Assembly (NCBI GenBank): GCA_003693705.1
Contig: RBZT01000794.1
Span: forward strand, 1 to 64,000
Direction: 5' to 3'
Length of the DNA stretch: 64,000 nucleotides
Source of the DNA: Polymyxa betae A26-41
Taxonomy: Eukaryota; Protista; Endomyxa: Phytomyxea
Shown here: positions 37,986 to 53,990 of the stretch, piece by piece
How the letters are laid out: every line of letters begins with the position of its first letter
How positions within the stretch are numbered: position 1 is the stretch's first letter
The notes under the pieces: model-generated
Databases searched by the model: none
Told to the model about the DNA's origin: nothing
The model's input: only the letters and a program-made list of their open reading frames with translations
Program-made: the position numbers and the translations under genes

Positions 37986-39982
37986 ATGATGATGGCCGAC
38001 ATCACCATCCTGTACGGGTCGCAGACCGGATGCGCTCAGGACCTGGCCGAACGCCTCCAGCGCCAAGGCCGAGCCCGGCGTTTCCGTACCGCCCTCTACT
38101 GCATGGACGAGTACGACCTGGTGTGTCCCCCGTCTCCATCGCGCCCTTCAACGGTTTAATCGCCTCTTGACCAGGAGCAAATGCGAACGCATCCATCGCT
38201 CTATGTATTGGTGGCGTCAACGGCCGGCCAGGGCGTGGCCCCCGATAATATGAGGTCGTTTTGGAGGTCGATGCTGCAGAGGACTCTGAGCAACGATCTG
38301 CTTCAGCCTGTGAGGTTCGCCGTCTTCGGCCTGGGCGACTCGTCGTACCCGATCTACAACGCCGTGGCGCGCCGCCTTCACCAGCGCCTTCTCGATCTCG
38401 GTGCGCTGCCGTTCCATGAAAGAGGTCTCGGTGATGACCAGGACGAGCTCGGCGTGGATGGAGGTGCGGTTTGCTATTTATTAGGGTATTAGGGTTTAGG
38501 GTTTGTCTTAGCATTCGAACCGTGGGCGACCGAGCTTTGGCGACGCGCCGCCGAGCTCGTCCCGAACGCCGTTGCGGACGCGGTCAGCGTGGTCCCGCCG
38601 CCCATCCGAATCACCCCCACAAATGTCGCCGCCACGGAGCCGGCCCTGGGTGCGTTCGGACGTGGCCGCGGTCGTTACACGCCGGTCACGTTACACTGCA
38701 ACGTAAACCGGCGTCTCACACCCTATAATCACTGGCAAGACGTCCGTCTGGTCGAGTTCGAACTCAGCGACGATATTCGTTACAGACCCGGCGACGTGGT
38801 ATGGCATCCGGGGGGGCCAGTACGGTTCTCGGTTGAGCTGACCCGCGGATATAGCTCGTACTGCACCCGACGAACCCAGTCGAAGCCGTCGAGCGGTTCT
38901 TGCGTGACCGGATCCGTATCGACCCGGATGCCGTCGTCGTTCTGACCCGTCGCTCGGAGTCCGACGATGATGCCGATGATGACGATGATCGGTTGCCGTA
39001 CGGCGTGCCGGTGACGTGGCGCGACCTGTTCGTCCGCTGGCTGGACGTGTTCGGGACGCCGCGCCGCTTCTTCTTCGAGGTGATCGCCGAGTTCGCCCAG
39101 GACGATCTGGAGCGCGATCGATTGCGCGAGCTCGGGTCGGTGGCGGGCCAGGACGACCTGCTGCACTACAGCCATCGGGAACGGCGCACCTATATCGAGG
39201 TCCTGGACGATTTCGCCTCGGTCGACGTCCCGGTCGGCGTCCTGCTCGAGATCGTTCCGCGACTTCGTCCTCGCCAGTTCTCGATCGCATCGTCGCCCTC
39301 CAGACACGGACGCCTCCTTCAGATCGTCGCCGCCATCGTTGAATACCGGACGCCGTACAAACGCCCGCGCATCGGCCTGTGTTCCAGGTTTCTGCGGACG
39401 CTGCGCCCGGGCGATCGGGTGCCGTGCTGGACCCGGGTCGGGAGTTTCGCGATGCCGACCACGGCACAGCACGCCGTCATCATGATTGGGCCGGGGACCG
39501 GCATCGCCCCATTCCGCTCCATGTGCCATGAGATCAGCGTGGCCCGCGCCGGTCCAGTACGCCCGCCGTCGGAGCTCTGGGTGTTCTTCGGATGCCGGAA
39601 TCGCGCCAACGATTTCCTGTTCGAGATCGAATGGCAGGAGATGGTCGAGTCCGGGGCCGTGACCAGATTCGAAGCGGCGTTCTCGCGCGATCAGCCTGAG
39701 AAGGTTTACGTCCAGGATCGGATGGCGCTGCACGGCCGTGATCTGTATCGGCTGTTATCATCCGGGGCGGTTCTGTATCTAGCCGGGTTTGGGATCGTAG
39801 AAGCGGTCAGAGCGCGTAATATTGAATGCGGTGCTTCTAGGTCGTCGAATCCGATGCCGAAACAGGTCCATGAAGGTCTCGTCCAGATCTGTATCGAACA
39901 TGGCGAAATGTCGCGAGAACAGAGCGAACAGTTTCTGAGGACGTTGCAGAAATTGGGACGATATCTTGTAGAGACATGGTAA
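37986..39982 (+). CDS. NDOR1: NADPH-dependent diflavin oxidoreductase 1 (Tah18), multi-exon
   Basis: ILYGSQTGCAQDLAE, STAGQG..PDNM, FGLGDSSY, HWQDVR, RQFSIASS, MIGPGTGIAPFRS, FFGCR, C-terminal ETW. Confidence 0.95.
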
Positions 39983-40012
39983 TAAACAATCGTGTTCGAA
40001 TATGGACATGTA

Positions 40013-43958
<3,946 letters not shown>

Positions 43959-44467
43959 CGGTGCGACGACGATGGCGCGCCTCTCAAGATGGTCTGCAAA
44001 CGAAATGGCGCAGATTTTTCGAAAATTGTGCGCAACATTTTTGCTGCTCGATTTCTTCCCGGAAAATACTTTTTACGACTTTGCTTGGCTTACGCATATG
44101 TCTCAGAAATAACTGCGTTTACGGGCAGTCACAGACGCACTATTTCAGCGACTCCTTGTTGTTAACGTCAGAATCAAAGTGCTCGAAAGACCAACTTTAT
44201 TTGCTATCTTTTATCTCCTCAGATTTTTCGATTCTTTTGTTGCCTGTTTCGTACTATGATTATATCCGACTTTTGTAGCGCTCGCTCCCGGTTTTTGGGC
44301 GTTCCTTTGTCTGGACACGCAAAGGATTGCGAATGCCGACAGAAGGGTCTGGTTTGGATGCCACCTGGATCGCCGTGCTCCGTTGGTCGCGCCAAGTTTG
44401 GATGCCCAAAAATAAGGGAATTTCCGGTACTAGGTAGCTTGTTTTACAGCTCAGTCAGAAATGCTCA

Positions 44468-44925
44468 ATGACGAGTCCTTTCAAGAAAATCGAGGATTAT
44501 TTTATAGCAGTGGCATCTACAAATCCTGGCGCGTTTGAACGTCGAAACGACGACAGCATGTATCGAGCATTTCTATGCCTTGGCTATGCGGCCTTTGCTG
44601 TCTGTGCCTGTTTTCCTGTGATCGCTAACGATGCGTGTCACATGAGCAAAGATGGGGGAATGATCATGGCTGTTAATGTTCTGGATGGCGAGAGGCAAAT
44701 CATGCTTGCTATTGCGGCGACTGTGCCAAAAGAAGGCGAATGTCAATGGTCGTTATATTTGAGAATTTGAAGGCTGATCATTATATTAACAGTTCATTGT
44801 CCGTAAACATGCATAATCATGAGAACGGCAGGCAAAATGAACAGGTACGAATACTTCCTTTGATCCGCGAATCACTTTGCACGTTCCATTTGGAACAAAA
44901 CCTGAAGAAATCCTTTCGAACTATA
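44468..44925 (+). mobile_element. Mutator/MULE transposase fragment (degenerate)
   Basis: VIANDACHM..GGMIMAV..LDGERQIMLAIAATVPKE...W, frameshift, then LCTFHLEQNLKK (CxxH motif). Confidence 0.8.
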
Positions 44926-45006
44926 CCAGTATCTAATGTTGCTCTATGCTGCGGACTGCGGAGGTTCCGCCATGGCCGGAAAACTCCGATGCGCAAATTT
45001 TCGAAG

Positions 45007-45072
45007 TCTCCCTCTCTTTTTCTTTCTTTCTTTCTCTCTCTCTCTCCCTCTGTCTCTCTCTCGCTCCCCTCT
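45007..45072. repeat. CT/CTTT microsatellite
   Basis: Near-pure pyrimidine tract of CT and CTTT units. Confidence 0.9.
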
Positions 45073-45522
45073 GTTACTCGCTAGCATGGCACCTCAACGT
45101 CACCAACGCGCTCCATGCGACTGCGGTTCCAGCGTTGTTCACTACCGAAGGTCATCGGCGGCGAGCCTATACCGACGGACGCAATCGGTGCCTGCCGGCA
45201 CAGTGGTCGTTGAAGTTGCAACGGCCGGTTGCAACCCCCAAATCTGATATCGCATCAGCATCCGCCCAGCATGCACCGGGCGCTGTGGTTTCAGCCGCCG
45301 TTGTTGTCAACGTGGCGGATCGTCCTGATCAAGCGGCTGCCATTCCGTCGCGCTTGCCATCCCTGTAGCGCGGCACAGCGGCTGCAGTGCTTGTGGTGAA
45401 TCTGACCATCACAGGAGCTCCTCTTTCTGCTCAACCGCCGTCGTCAGTTCAATGTTGCCCGCGCTCCTGATGGAGCCCAGCCTCGAATTCCCGAATCCAG
45501 CGACGGCGACGGTTTCCGACCA

Positions 45523-45780
45523 GTGCGCTTCCGTCTGACTGCCATGGACGTGGAGTGCCCGCGCTGCCACGCCATGATGCGGCTGGATGAATGTTCCTAC
45601 CATTTTCCGCAACGTGCCGTGCTGTTCCGAATGTGCTGTGCCAATGATGCGGTCGTTCTTCCTCCTTACTCCGACCTGCCGTCACCATTGGTGGAATATC
45701 TGGAACATGGCCACATCCACCATGCTTCATTCATGGAGCATATTCGGACGCTGAATGGGTTGTTCGCTTTTACCTTCACT
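45523..45780 (+). mobile_element. Helitron RepHel N-terminal Cys-rich fragment
   Basis: MDVECPRCHA...E...F.MCC...V.LP..LP..L..YL...FMEHIRTLNGLFAFT, the characteristic Helitron N-terminus. Truncated afterwards. Confidence 0.8.
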
Positions 45781-46421
45781 TGGGGTCGACCGGCAACAAA
45801 TCCCAGGTCGTGGTCCGCCGATCTCCCAGCTATGAATGGCGAGGGAGCGTCTCCACGGATTTATTCCAATCAACTCCAAAATTCATACGTTCCTCATCTC
45901 GTCTCCGATTCTCTAATGCCTCGTTCCCTCGCCTCGCCCTCACCTCCGACTTCCCTGACCTTGAGTCTCCGCTCCGCCTTCGTCTCACCGACACCGCTCC
46001 GTCCCTCGTACGCTCCTCTCCGATCCTCTCACCGACAAGGAAAAGACTCTGTCATTTTCGAAAAACAAACTTAAAAATGACACGTTATTGGGTCCTAACG
46101 TGAAGCACACCTCTCGCAGTCCCAAACCACCACCAATCAAGCATTCAGGACCGGGGTGGACGGCGACCAACGGGCGGCCAGAAGCAGTGACATTCACCGT
46201 GCCAATTCTGCGGGTCGAACAGTAACTTGCAAGGTCGCCTGGCGGCAATGCTGGCTTGTCTACTGGTGCAACGACACCTACCGTAGATCCCGGGGAAATA
46301 GCCACCCCGACCAAGTAGCCACTACCAATATGCTGATGAAACGTGCGTTGTGTCGCGGAGAAAATAAATAGTGTAACATTACATTTGTCTTTATTTGCCA
46401 ATACAGAATACATCATCTGTG

Positions 46422-46839
46422 ATGATTGAGTTGTCTGCAAATGTTGAGATCGTTGGTCTCAGGAAAGGGACCAATGGACGTCAATGTGAGGTCCACCGTG
46501 AATGCTGTGGCATCTGCGTTGTTACAGGGTCTCTGATCCGGTTCAAATTCACCGTTATAGAAAGTGGGTGTCTAATACTTGAATTTCATTTCATTGAAAG
46601 CGTATCCATCGGAAAGAGGTTTCGAATAGGCTGTTTGTGCAGTCTTAATTGCTGACGGAATCGAGAATCGCCGAGTCGGTTTTCTGCCGCGTAACTGTTT
46701 CCCAATACGAAAACGCTTTGTTGATAAATTCGCACAAGTAATTGAGCTTTCAGAAAACACCCACAAACGGCGAAAAGATGCTCGGAACTGTGGCATGGCG
46801 CCATGCATTTTATTGGATTTTATTCATATTTTTAAATGA
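46422..46839 (+). CDS. Transposon-borne small protein, HIRAN-like pattern with C-x2-H-x2-CC motif (possibly disabled)
   Basis: NVEIVGLRKGTNGRQCEVHRECCG..GSLIRF, an intron near 46565-46600/46629, then AVCAVLIADGIENRRVGFLPR..FAQVIEL..RNCGMA. Lies wholly inside the TIRs. Confidence 0.7.
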
Positions 46840-46842
46840 AGT

Positions 46843-48121
46843 TTATGTGCTTTTGATTCCGACATGACGCCATGTGTTTATAATTGTTTCCGCCGTTATA
46901 CGGTTCCATGCGTCCAAATCCCATTGGGCTACGATCTGGCGAGAAGGTTTTTCTCGATCGAACGTCTCTCCGAGCGATAACGAATTCCACCTGGCGCTCT
47001 CTACAATATTGTTTGAATGGTTTGTTGATTCCTACGTATAATATTTGAAGTTGGACGTGTACCCGTTAACGACAATTGACAAATTCCACCTAGTTCCGCC
47101 TAAGAGTGTGATTTTAAACATTCAAGTTTTGTTCTCACAAACCTCACTTCCTAGCTGCTCGAAAGAGCTAACAATTTCTTGGCTCATGTGGGCCGAAAAT
47201 CCGTCCATTATAAGATAGGAATACTGTGCAGATCGCTGCAGCAGCCATGGTCGCCAAACCCTAAGATCCATTCTCATTACTGATATATCGCACCAGGCGT
47301 TGTCCTGAACAGTCCTTACGTACGACATTTGCAGGATAACCTCGAGCAGTACAGTTGCCGGTGACTTCCTTATACACGTGGGCCTTTGGTTTGCCCTTTA
47401 GTATAAGAAACAAAGGCAGCTTTTCTCCTGACAACGAAACCTCTAAGTTTGCGGTAGCCCTTCCAGAAGACCCAGTGGAAACGACATCAATGGTATGACT
47501 TCCCCGTCGCTCTATTGTTGCTGTCATTAGGTTGTCAAATGGAACTTCAATTTCGTCGATGTTGACAATCAGCTCAGGGGGAAGTTGCATCATGGCAATG
47601 TGCTCATTAACGCATGCAACAAAATCAGCGACTGTGTCAGCACAATGACGTGTATTTTGAGCTGTATGTGTGGCTCGGCGCTGTACTAGCTTTTCGCGAT
47701 GCAAGAATCTATAAATTCGCTTTCGTAGGGTTACAGGATTGCCGGCCAGAAAACCTGTGCGAAACCTACACCATTAATCCAAACCCTAAACCTAGGTTCG
47801 CAAGAAACCCGCTTACCGTTGAAATTCGTGCAGCAACATCGACACAGAAACTGGCACCGAACGTGCCCTCCCAACTTCAAAGTTATGTAGAAGGTGGTCA
47901 GAAACATCCTGGTCCTCGACATGAACAGAGCTACTAGGAAGGTGCATTTTAGCACCCGATTTCATTGTTTCCACATCTAGAAGCTTCTTCCATCGTTTGA
48001 TATTTCGGAGATCATCATGGGATTTCTTTGCTGTTGCATAGACACGACCAGGCTGTCCATAAGCCTCTCGTGCGATGGCTTTCTTCTCCAGAAGATTGTA
48101 GCGAGACATTCCACGACCCAT
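46843..48121 (-). pseudogene. pogo/DDE_1 transposase with HTH N-terminus, frameshifted
   Basis: RRATH, IVNIDE, GEKLPLFLILKGKP, QDNAW.D, LIMDGFSAH, GYTS.LQIL(Y)VGINKPFK (third Asp changed to Tyr), AWNRITAETIINTW. Intron 47766-47816. Confidence 0.9.
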
Positions 48122-50059
48122 GCTAAACGGATATGTGAATACGCATGGGCAAGCCGCATACCGTTAGAATCTATTTTTATAAGGCTACACAGTCGTGTAC
48201 TCAGTGAGAAAAAATACACCAAATCGATTCAAAACTCCCGGCGAAATAGCCACTACCCTATCAAATCAGTATCCATTTTATCAGATCCGTAGTGGCTATT
48301 TCCCCGGGATCTACGGTAGGCCAGTCAGCAGGCCAATATCCAATAGCCGATTGAACAGGCTGACATCAGCCACAATTTAATAAGGAACCCAATCATTTTT
48401 TATACGAAATCAAAAGGTCTTTTTTCTCTCGTTTAAAATGGTCTCACTTTGTATATCAATGTACATTCCCCATTGCGTGAACGCTTGGGGAACAAAAAAC
48501 GACAAAAACCGTTATGCTGATTTTGAGAGGAGGTAGTGGATTTTTTAGAATGAGGAAAAAGAAAAAACAACCCCAGCCAAGTTCGTAGTTTAACGTCGTT
48601 GCGGACGATATGGGTGTAGATGTTGTGATAGTGCATGAAGTTGGTTGGTGATGTTGGTGTTGGTGTTGGTGAAGTTGGTTTTGATGATGACGTTGTAAGG
48701 TTTACCTAATAATCAAATAAATGTATTCATGAACACGGAAAATCAAAATTACTTGATATAAAAAAAGGAAATTCACGAATCCAAGGTTATATTTGAGGCG
48801 TCCCCCAAATAATAGCATATATAGGCCTCCCCATAATGCTGCAATCCGAAAATATTTGATGAATAGATGGCGAAGATGAGAATGAATGCCAAAACCAAAA
48901 CGAAAAGCGAAGATGAAACGGGTGCACGCCAAAAACGTTGATGCATGCAGCAGACCTTGCAGTGGCGATTTTTGTTTTTGGGTATTCGGGCTGTATTAGA
49001 TTTATTTAAAAATTACTATAAATCTTGATTTTCCACAGAAGTGCGTACGCAGTAACATGAACAGCGTGCGCAATATTTGTCTATGACTGACGCCAAGATC
49101 TGATGAACAATAATAATGCGAACCTGAAGAAAGTATGAAGCTATACGTTAATAATATTGGGCTCGACCTTCCAGAGGTCCGCACGGATGCCGTACGGACC
49201 TGAGCTGCTGGAGCTGGGATTCGAGCCTGGAAAAAATCAGAATTCCTTACCGACTGACGAAGTCTTATCAAAACTTGTAGTACTATATCGCGATTTGAAG
49301 AATCCGCTCCAGGGCACAACGCCTTGTTCTAACCTTAATTTGATGTCATTAAAACTGCCATAGCTGAGATTCTGGAAAATTGAAAACGGCGATGAACTTC
49401 TCAGAGTATGAAGACACGCAAAGATTACGAATGGACCGGGTAGAATTTAGGAAGAAGAGAACAAAAACAATCAAGCTCCAAGGAACTTACAACGACGTCG
49501 AACTGAATGCAAGAATGGAAATGAAATTATGGGGAGCTCACTTGCAAAGAATATACAACCGATGATGAAAACAAGGGAAATGATATACGAACAGGACGAT
49601 TGGTAAAGAAAATCATTTACAGCAACATCAGGGCAAATTCAGAATTGATGAAAGAAATATGAAGTGAAGCCGATGAAGAAATGAATGTTGCAGACAAGAA
49701 GATGAAACAGGAGAAAATCCAAAACTTACAAGATGGCAAAAGGAAGTAGTGAAGATAGAGATAGAGGAACAGATAGGACGATTCCGACGAGCACAACCTA
49801 TCAATGACGAGATTAAGAAAGAAAAATTGAAAAAAGAACTAGCCTTGAAGATAAATCTAGACAGCCAAGATAAAGACAGAAGAAGACAATAAGATGAAGA
49901 AGATTTGGAGAAATTTGAGAAGGATGAAAGTGATGAGGAGGATGAGGAGGAAGATGAAAACACCGATGAAGAAATGACGAAGATAGTTATAACTCCAAAG
50001 AAGAATAAGAGCAACAAAGCGCTAACGGAGGAAAATAAGGGGAGAAAACTTACAGCGCC

Positions 50060-50581
50060 AACTGCTCAGTGGCCATAAACGGCATCACTGCCAATTATCA
50101 AGGAATCTCAGCACCGGATGGCTTGATAATTAGCATGTTCGGCCCGATAGAAGGTCGCAGGCATGAGTAGTCTCCTGCGTGAATCCCAGATTCGGCAGAG
50201 ACTCGAACAATTGCCTGCTGCCAACGGGTATCTGATCTCTGACGATCCTGCCTATTGAGTGAGCAGATTTATCTTGCAGTCCTTTCAAAGGGCTGAGTTT
50301 ACTTTGATAAGTAACCATGACAAAATGCTTCAAGAGATTAAGCCGTGCATTGTATTATAGGAAGAACAGGCATTCAATGCAAAAATGAGCCTCTTCGGGC
50401 GCATTAAAATGCTGTTCGCTTTTGTTGATTTCTCCAACAGTCTTAAGGTGATGCACGGGCCGGTTGGCAGTTGCCAAGCTGATGACTAACATCCATTGTT
50501 GCGTTAATGAAGGTAATCAGATAAGCGACTTCTTTGGCGTCAAACCGCCAACATTATTACATTAAGCGAATATTTACAATA
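50060..50581 (+). mobile_element. HARBI1-like DDE_Tnp_4 transposase fragment
   Basis: SGHKRHH, APDGLIISMFGPIEGRRH, DDPAY, AFNAKMS, FAFVDF, NQISDFFGVKPP; several deletions and frameshifts. Confidence 0.8.
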
Positions 50582-51095
50582 AAATCGTAAAGGTTCCTTC
50601 ATACATACCCTCTGACTGAAGATGTGTTCTAGATCTGTGAATAAGGCTGCTTGCGAGATAACAAAACTTTGATCTGAATTACGCAATATTTGACTAGCCT
50701 CCGATCGGACCTGACTAACTCCGTTGATCGGAAACTCTCCGCGTGCAGCGCCTTTCGGCTAGCGCGACTCTCTACAGAGCTCAGGCTCTCGTTAGCAACC
50801 CAATACAGAGTGTTTTATTTCCCTCAACTCCACAACAATGCAACAACTGCATGACGGCAACAGCCGGCTGAACACCAACATAACACATACACTACGCCGA
50901 CTCGGATTCGAATCGGTTATTCGTTCGACGCTGAGTCAGACGACACCGCGTTCGGAGCTAACCTCCGATTCTAGTGATATATAAGGGCTTGTATTCCATC
51001 TAGTATAATCATTCTGCAATTCATCATTTTTGCAACATCAATTTCAAGTAGTCATTGCTACAAGGATATCATTAGCTGCGTTTCACTGACGTAAC

Positions 51096-52490
51096 ATGGA
51101 GACTATGGCGATTATGATGGACAATGAGGAGAATCAGTCAACGCAAAATTTGGCTGACAGTGGAGGTGTACAGCAGCCTGGTAATTCAGTTGCGGACAAA
51201 TCGAATGATGATGCAAGCTTCGAATTCATTCAACGGTGCATTCGTTATTAACACGAAATCACCGCCTTGTGTGAATCTGTTGATTACACAATGAGTGATT
51301 CAGATGTGGACATTGGGAAACATGCTTCATAGGCTAAGTGGGAGATATAGTTCCCAGCCAGTGAATAATATTTCTGGACTCTGGTAGACCAGCGGCACAG
51401 GCTGTGCCGCGTGTGGTTTTTCAACCATGTCTGTAGAAATTGCGCCTGGACATCACAGAAACTAACTGACCAAAAGTTACAATAACAGCTCCACAGCTGT
51501 TAGTCCAGGGCCTACTTAAGCAGTACTCTACACACCCCTTTTTTGAATGTGACTGCATTCCTCACCAGAATCAGGCACTCAGGCCTCTGGCAGAATTAAG
51601 TAGGTGACCCCCAACTCAGATGAACCACGCATCTTTTCACGAGTTGTGTAGCCGGTCCAGTCCACAAAACCCAAAAACGTCCAGTACCATGTTATTCTGT
51701 AGAAATTGCGCCTGGACTTCACAGCAACTAACTGACCAAAAGGTACAATAACAGCTCCACAGCTGTTAGTCCCTGGCCTACTTAAGCAGTACTCCACACA
51801 TGTGAACCACCTTTGTTGATGGCTCTGCGTACAAAGGATATTATCCAATTTTGTTTGAATATACGAAATATGACCAGCAAGTTCAGGACAATCAGAGAAT
51901 GGGAGGGAATGATATTCCAGACGGCCATTTCTGTCTTTTATAGATCCTTCTTTGTTGATATGATTGCCAAATTTGTTCTGAAAGAACCGAAGGAGGAACT
52001 TGTGGACAATGAAGTCATGGGTGCTTTAAACAATTACAAGGTTAATGACGACTAGCTCGTCGCATGATCATATTCGTATGATTATCAAGAAGAGTGTAAG
52101 ATGAAGCCATCATCTGCCAGAATAATGGATCTTCTGACTCAACTGGATAAGATCATTGAGGAGCATAACTGCCAGTCTTTGTTTGATTCTGATGTGGGGA
52201 AGGAGCATTGGATTCGTTTGGTCACGGAATGCTTGCAACCTTATATTTTTAAGAATCATTTGCTGAATATGATTAATTTAATTGCTCGAAACCGGAGCTT
52301 AGAACTGACCAGGTTGCGTTTGTCGAGCAACTGCAGGCAGACGTGGACAAGTTTGAGTCAGAAGGGAGTCGCATTCTTATTCTGTCGGATACGGATCATG
52401 GACAGAAGACCGCTACGGTTTCGAAGAAACGTGGGGTTTCTAACCAGAATAATGGTACTCAGCACAAAAAGCGTAAGCTTGAATCTATAA
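51096..52490 (+). pseudogene. Degenerate gag-like/retroelement ORF interrupted by a TRIM
   Basis: Stop-ridden coding-like text (PRVVFQPC|EPPLLMALRTKDII...). Partial second copy at 52614-52822. The gag identity is inferred from context only. Confidence 0.4.
51431..51798 (-). mobile_element. TRIM (miniature non-autonomous LTR retrotransposon)
   Basis: 102-bp direct repeats at 51431-51532 and 51697-51798, starting TGT on the minus strand. TSD CATGT (51426-30, 51799-803). PBS-like TGGTACTGGACG (51689-51678). PPT AAAAAAGGGG before the 3' repeat. Confidence 0.9.
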
Positions 52491-52613
52491 AAGCGCTTAT
52501 GATCTACATAATACATTCAATCTACAATTCAGTTTACAGTCACTGCTACCTGTTCTAATCGGAAGACTCCACAAAGAGTTCTTTAGTTATCGTCTGCGAT
52601 CAGAGAGAGATAC

Positions 52614-52822
52614 TGTGTGAATCTGCGGATTACACAATGAGTGATTCTGTCACTGAATCAGATGTGGACATTGGGACACATGCTGATAGGCATCGTGGGA
52701 GATATATTTCCCAGCCTGTGAATGTTTCTGGTAGACCAACAGCACCGGCTGTGCCACGTGTGGTCTTTCAACCCTGCGAACCCCCTTTGTTGACGGCTTT
52801 GCGGACAAAGGATATTATTACA
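52614..52822 (+). repeat. Diverged duplicate of 51268-51430 + 51804-51850 (TRIM-free allele)
   Basis: Shared TGTGTGAATCTG..GATTACACAATGAGTGATTC...TTTCAACC.TG.GAACC.CCTTTGTTGA...ACAAAGGATATTAT. Confidence 0.85.
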
Positions 52823-52824
52823 AC

Positions 52825-53063
52825 TGGGGATGCATTCTCACTAACCTAGCTCTATATATGTCCAGCCTCATCATCTTGGCATACAGGGACCTTAACAAAA
52901 TCCTGCGTGCTGTCATCCTGATTTATCAGGTTCAGGGACTTCAGCGCTTCTGCTATCAGCGGATGATTTTACAATCTCCAGCGAAGATGGAGAATTGCTT
53001 TGTTGAAAAGCTCCTTTCCTTGCCTGCTGTATACAACACAGATCGCAGAACATGGTATCAGAG
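52825..53063 (+). mobile_element. Putative 5' LTR followed by tRNA-iMet primer-binding site
   Basis: TG at 52825, TATA-like CTATATAT near 52852, ...GAACA at 53052, then TGGTATCAGAG (canonical iMet PBS is TGGTATCAGAGC). Confidence 0.65.
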
Positions 53064-53099
53064 TTGAAGAAAACACTGAGCAATTACACGAAGCGAACG

Positions 53100-53990
53100 A
53101 CTTTGAATCTTGATGGAACGACGCTCTTCGGACAGCTGCTCGCGATATGGCCTTGTTGTTTGCAGCTGTAGCAGCGTGGTCCAGAAGCTGAGGATGATGA
53201 GGATGTTTAGCCGTTTTCGAAGTTGAAGACTGACCTGAATTGCTCGTAGTAGAGTCCGATTGAGGCTTGGTGCGACAATCCTTGGTATCATGTCCAGACA
53301 AATTATGGAATGTGCAAAATGATGATTGTGGTTTTGCCGAGGCTGAGGTAGTAGAACCTTGCGTAACGCGACATTCGGAGGCCTCATGTTTGGACTTCCT
53401 CCGATTCGTTTTCTAAGAGCATCCTCACTGCCGCCTTCAAGATCAGGTTGGTATCTAGACGAAAACAAGTCTCTAAAGTCCCTAAAACAAATCACACCAT
53501 ACCTTTTAGCTTTTCGCATCAGAAATCCAATAGCTTACAGCCTGCTGCAAGCTTCTCTCGCAGCTCCGAAATCAAAGTTTTCAAATCCTAGTTTTGATGC
53601 ATCAGCTTCAGCAGGACTCTGTGTGATAAACCAGTCCGAAAACACTGTGAATGATAATGCATCAAACGGTTTATGAGGAGAAATTAGGAGAGAAATCGGT
53701 GATGATGGGCGGAATTGAGTCATTGATGTCGTGAGTCACGACACTCTGTCCTTGTGAGTAAACAATCCGATAAATTGCAAGACCAACATCTGAGCATTTG
53801 TCCAGCTGTGTCATGAGTCGCCTCATGGCTGTAGCGGCCTCGGCGCTGGGAACATCGCGCAGCCAGTGTAGCTGGTCTCTCTTGGTGTGAGTGAGACCGA
53901 CCGAAATCATCCCCATATTAAATACCGTCACGAGTTGCATGACCGATTTGAGTCACAGGAATCGAGGGTAGCTCATAACGCATGTATTGG
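53100..53990 (-). pseudogene. LTR-retrotransposon gag relic with two zinc knuckles
   Basis: FCTFHNLSGHDTKDC and CYSCKQQGHIASSC (CCHC) on the minus strand; stops and frameshifts. Confidence 0.75.

Larger units (their letters stand above)
46281..48316. mobile_element. Structurally complete pogo-like (Tc1/mariner, DDE_1) transposon with two convergent genes
   Basis: Perfect 25-bp TIRs CCGTAGATCCCGGGGAAATAGCCAC (46281-46305 and 48292-48316). TA on both sides (46279-80, 48317-18). Inner TAGCCACTACC repeats at about 46316 and 48247. Confidence 0.95.

Noticed and set aside
24781-39982. Apparent cluster of mitochondrial, Fe-S and heme genes (BolA, NDUFA12-like, COX10, NDOR1)
   Set aside because: Different pathways and compartments, interleaved with unrelated genes; expected by chance in a compact genome.
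49150-50050. Purine-rich, acidic/basic coding-like stretch
   Set aside because: Multiple stops and low complexity; no family assignable, probably a TE relic.
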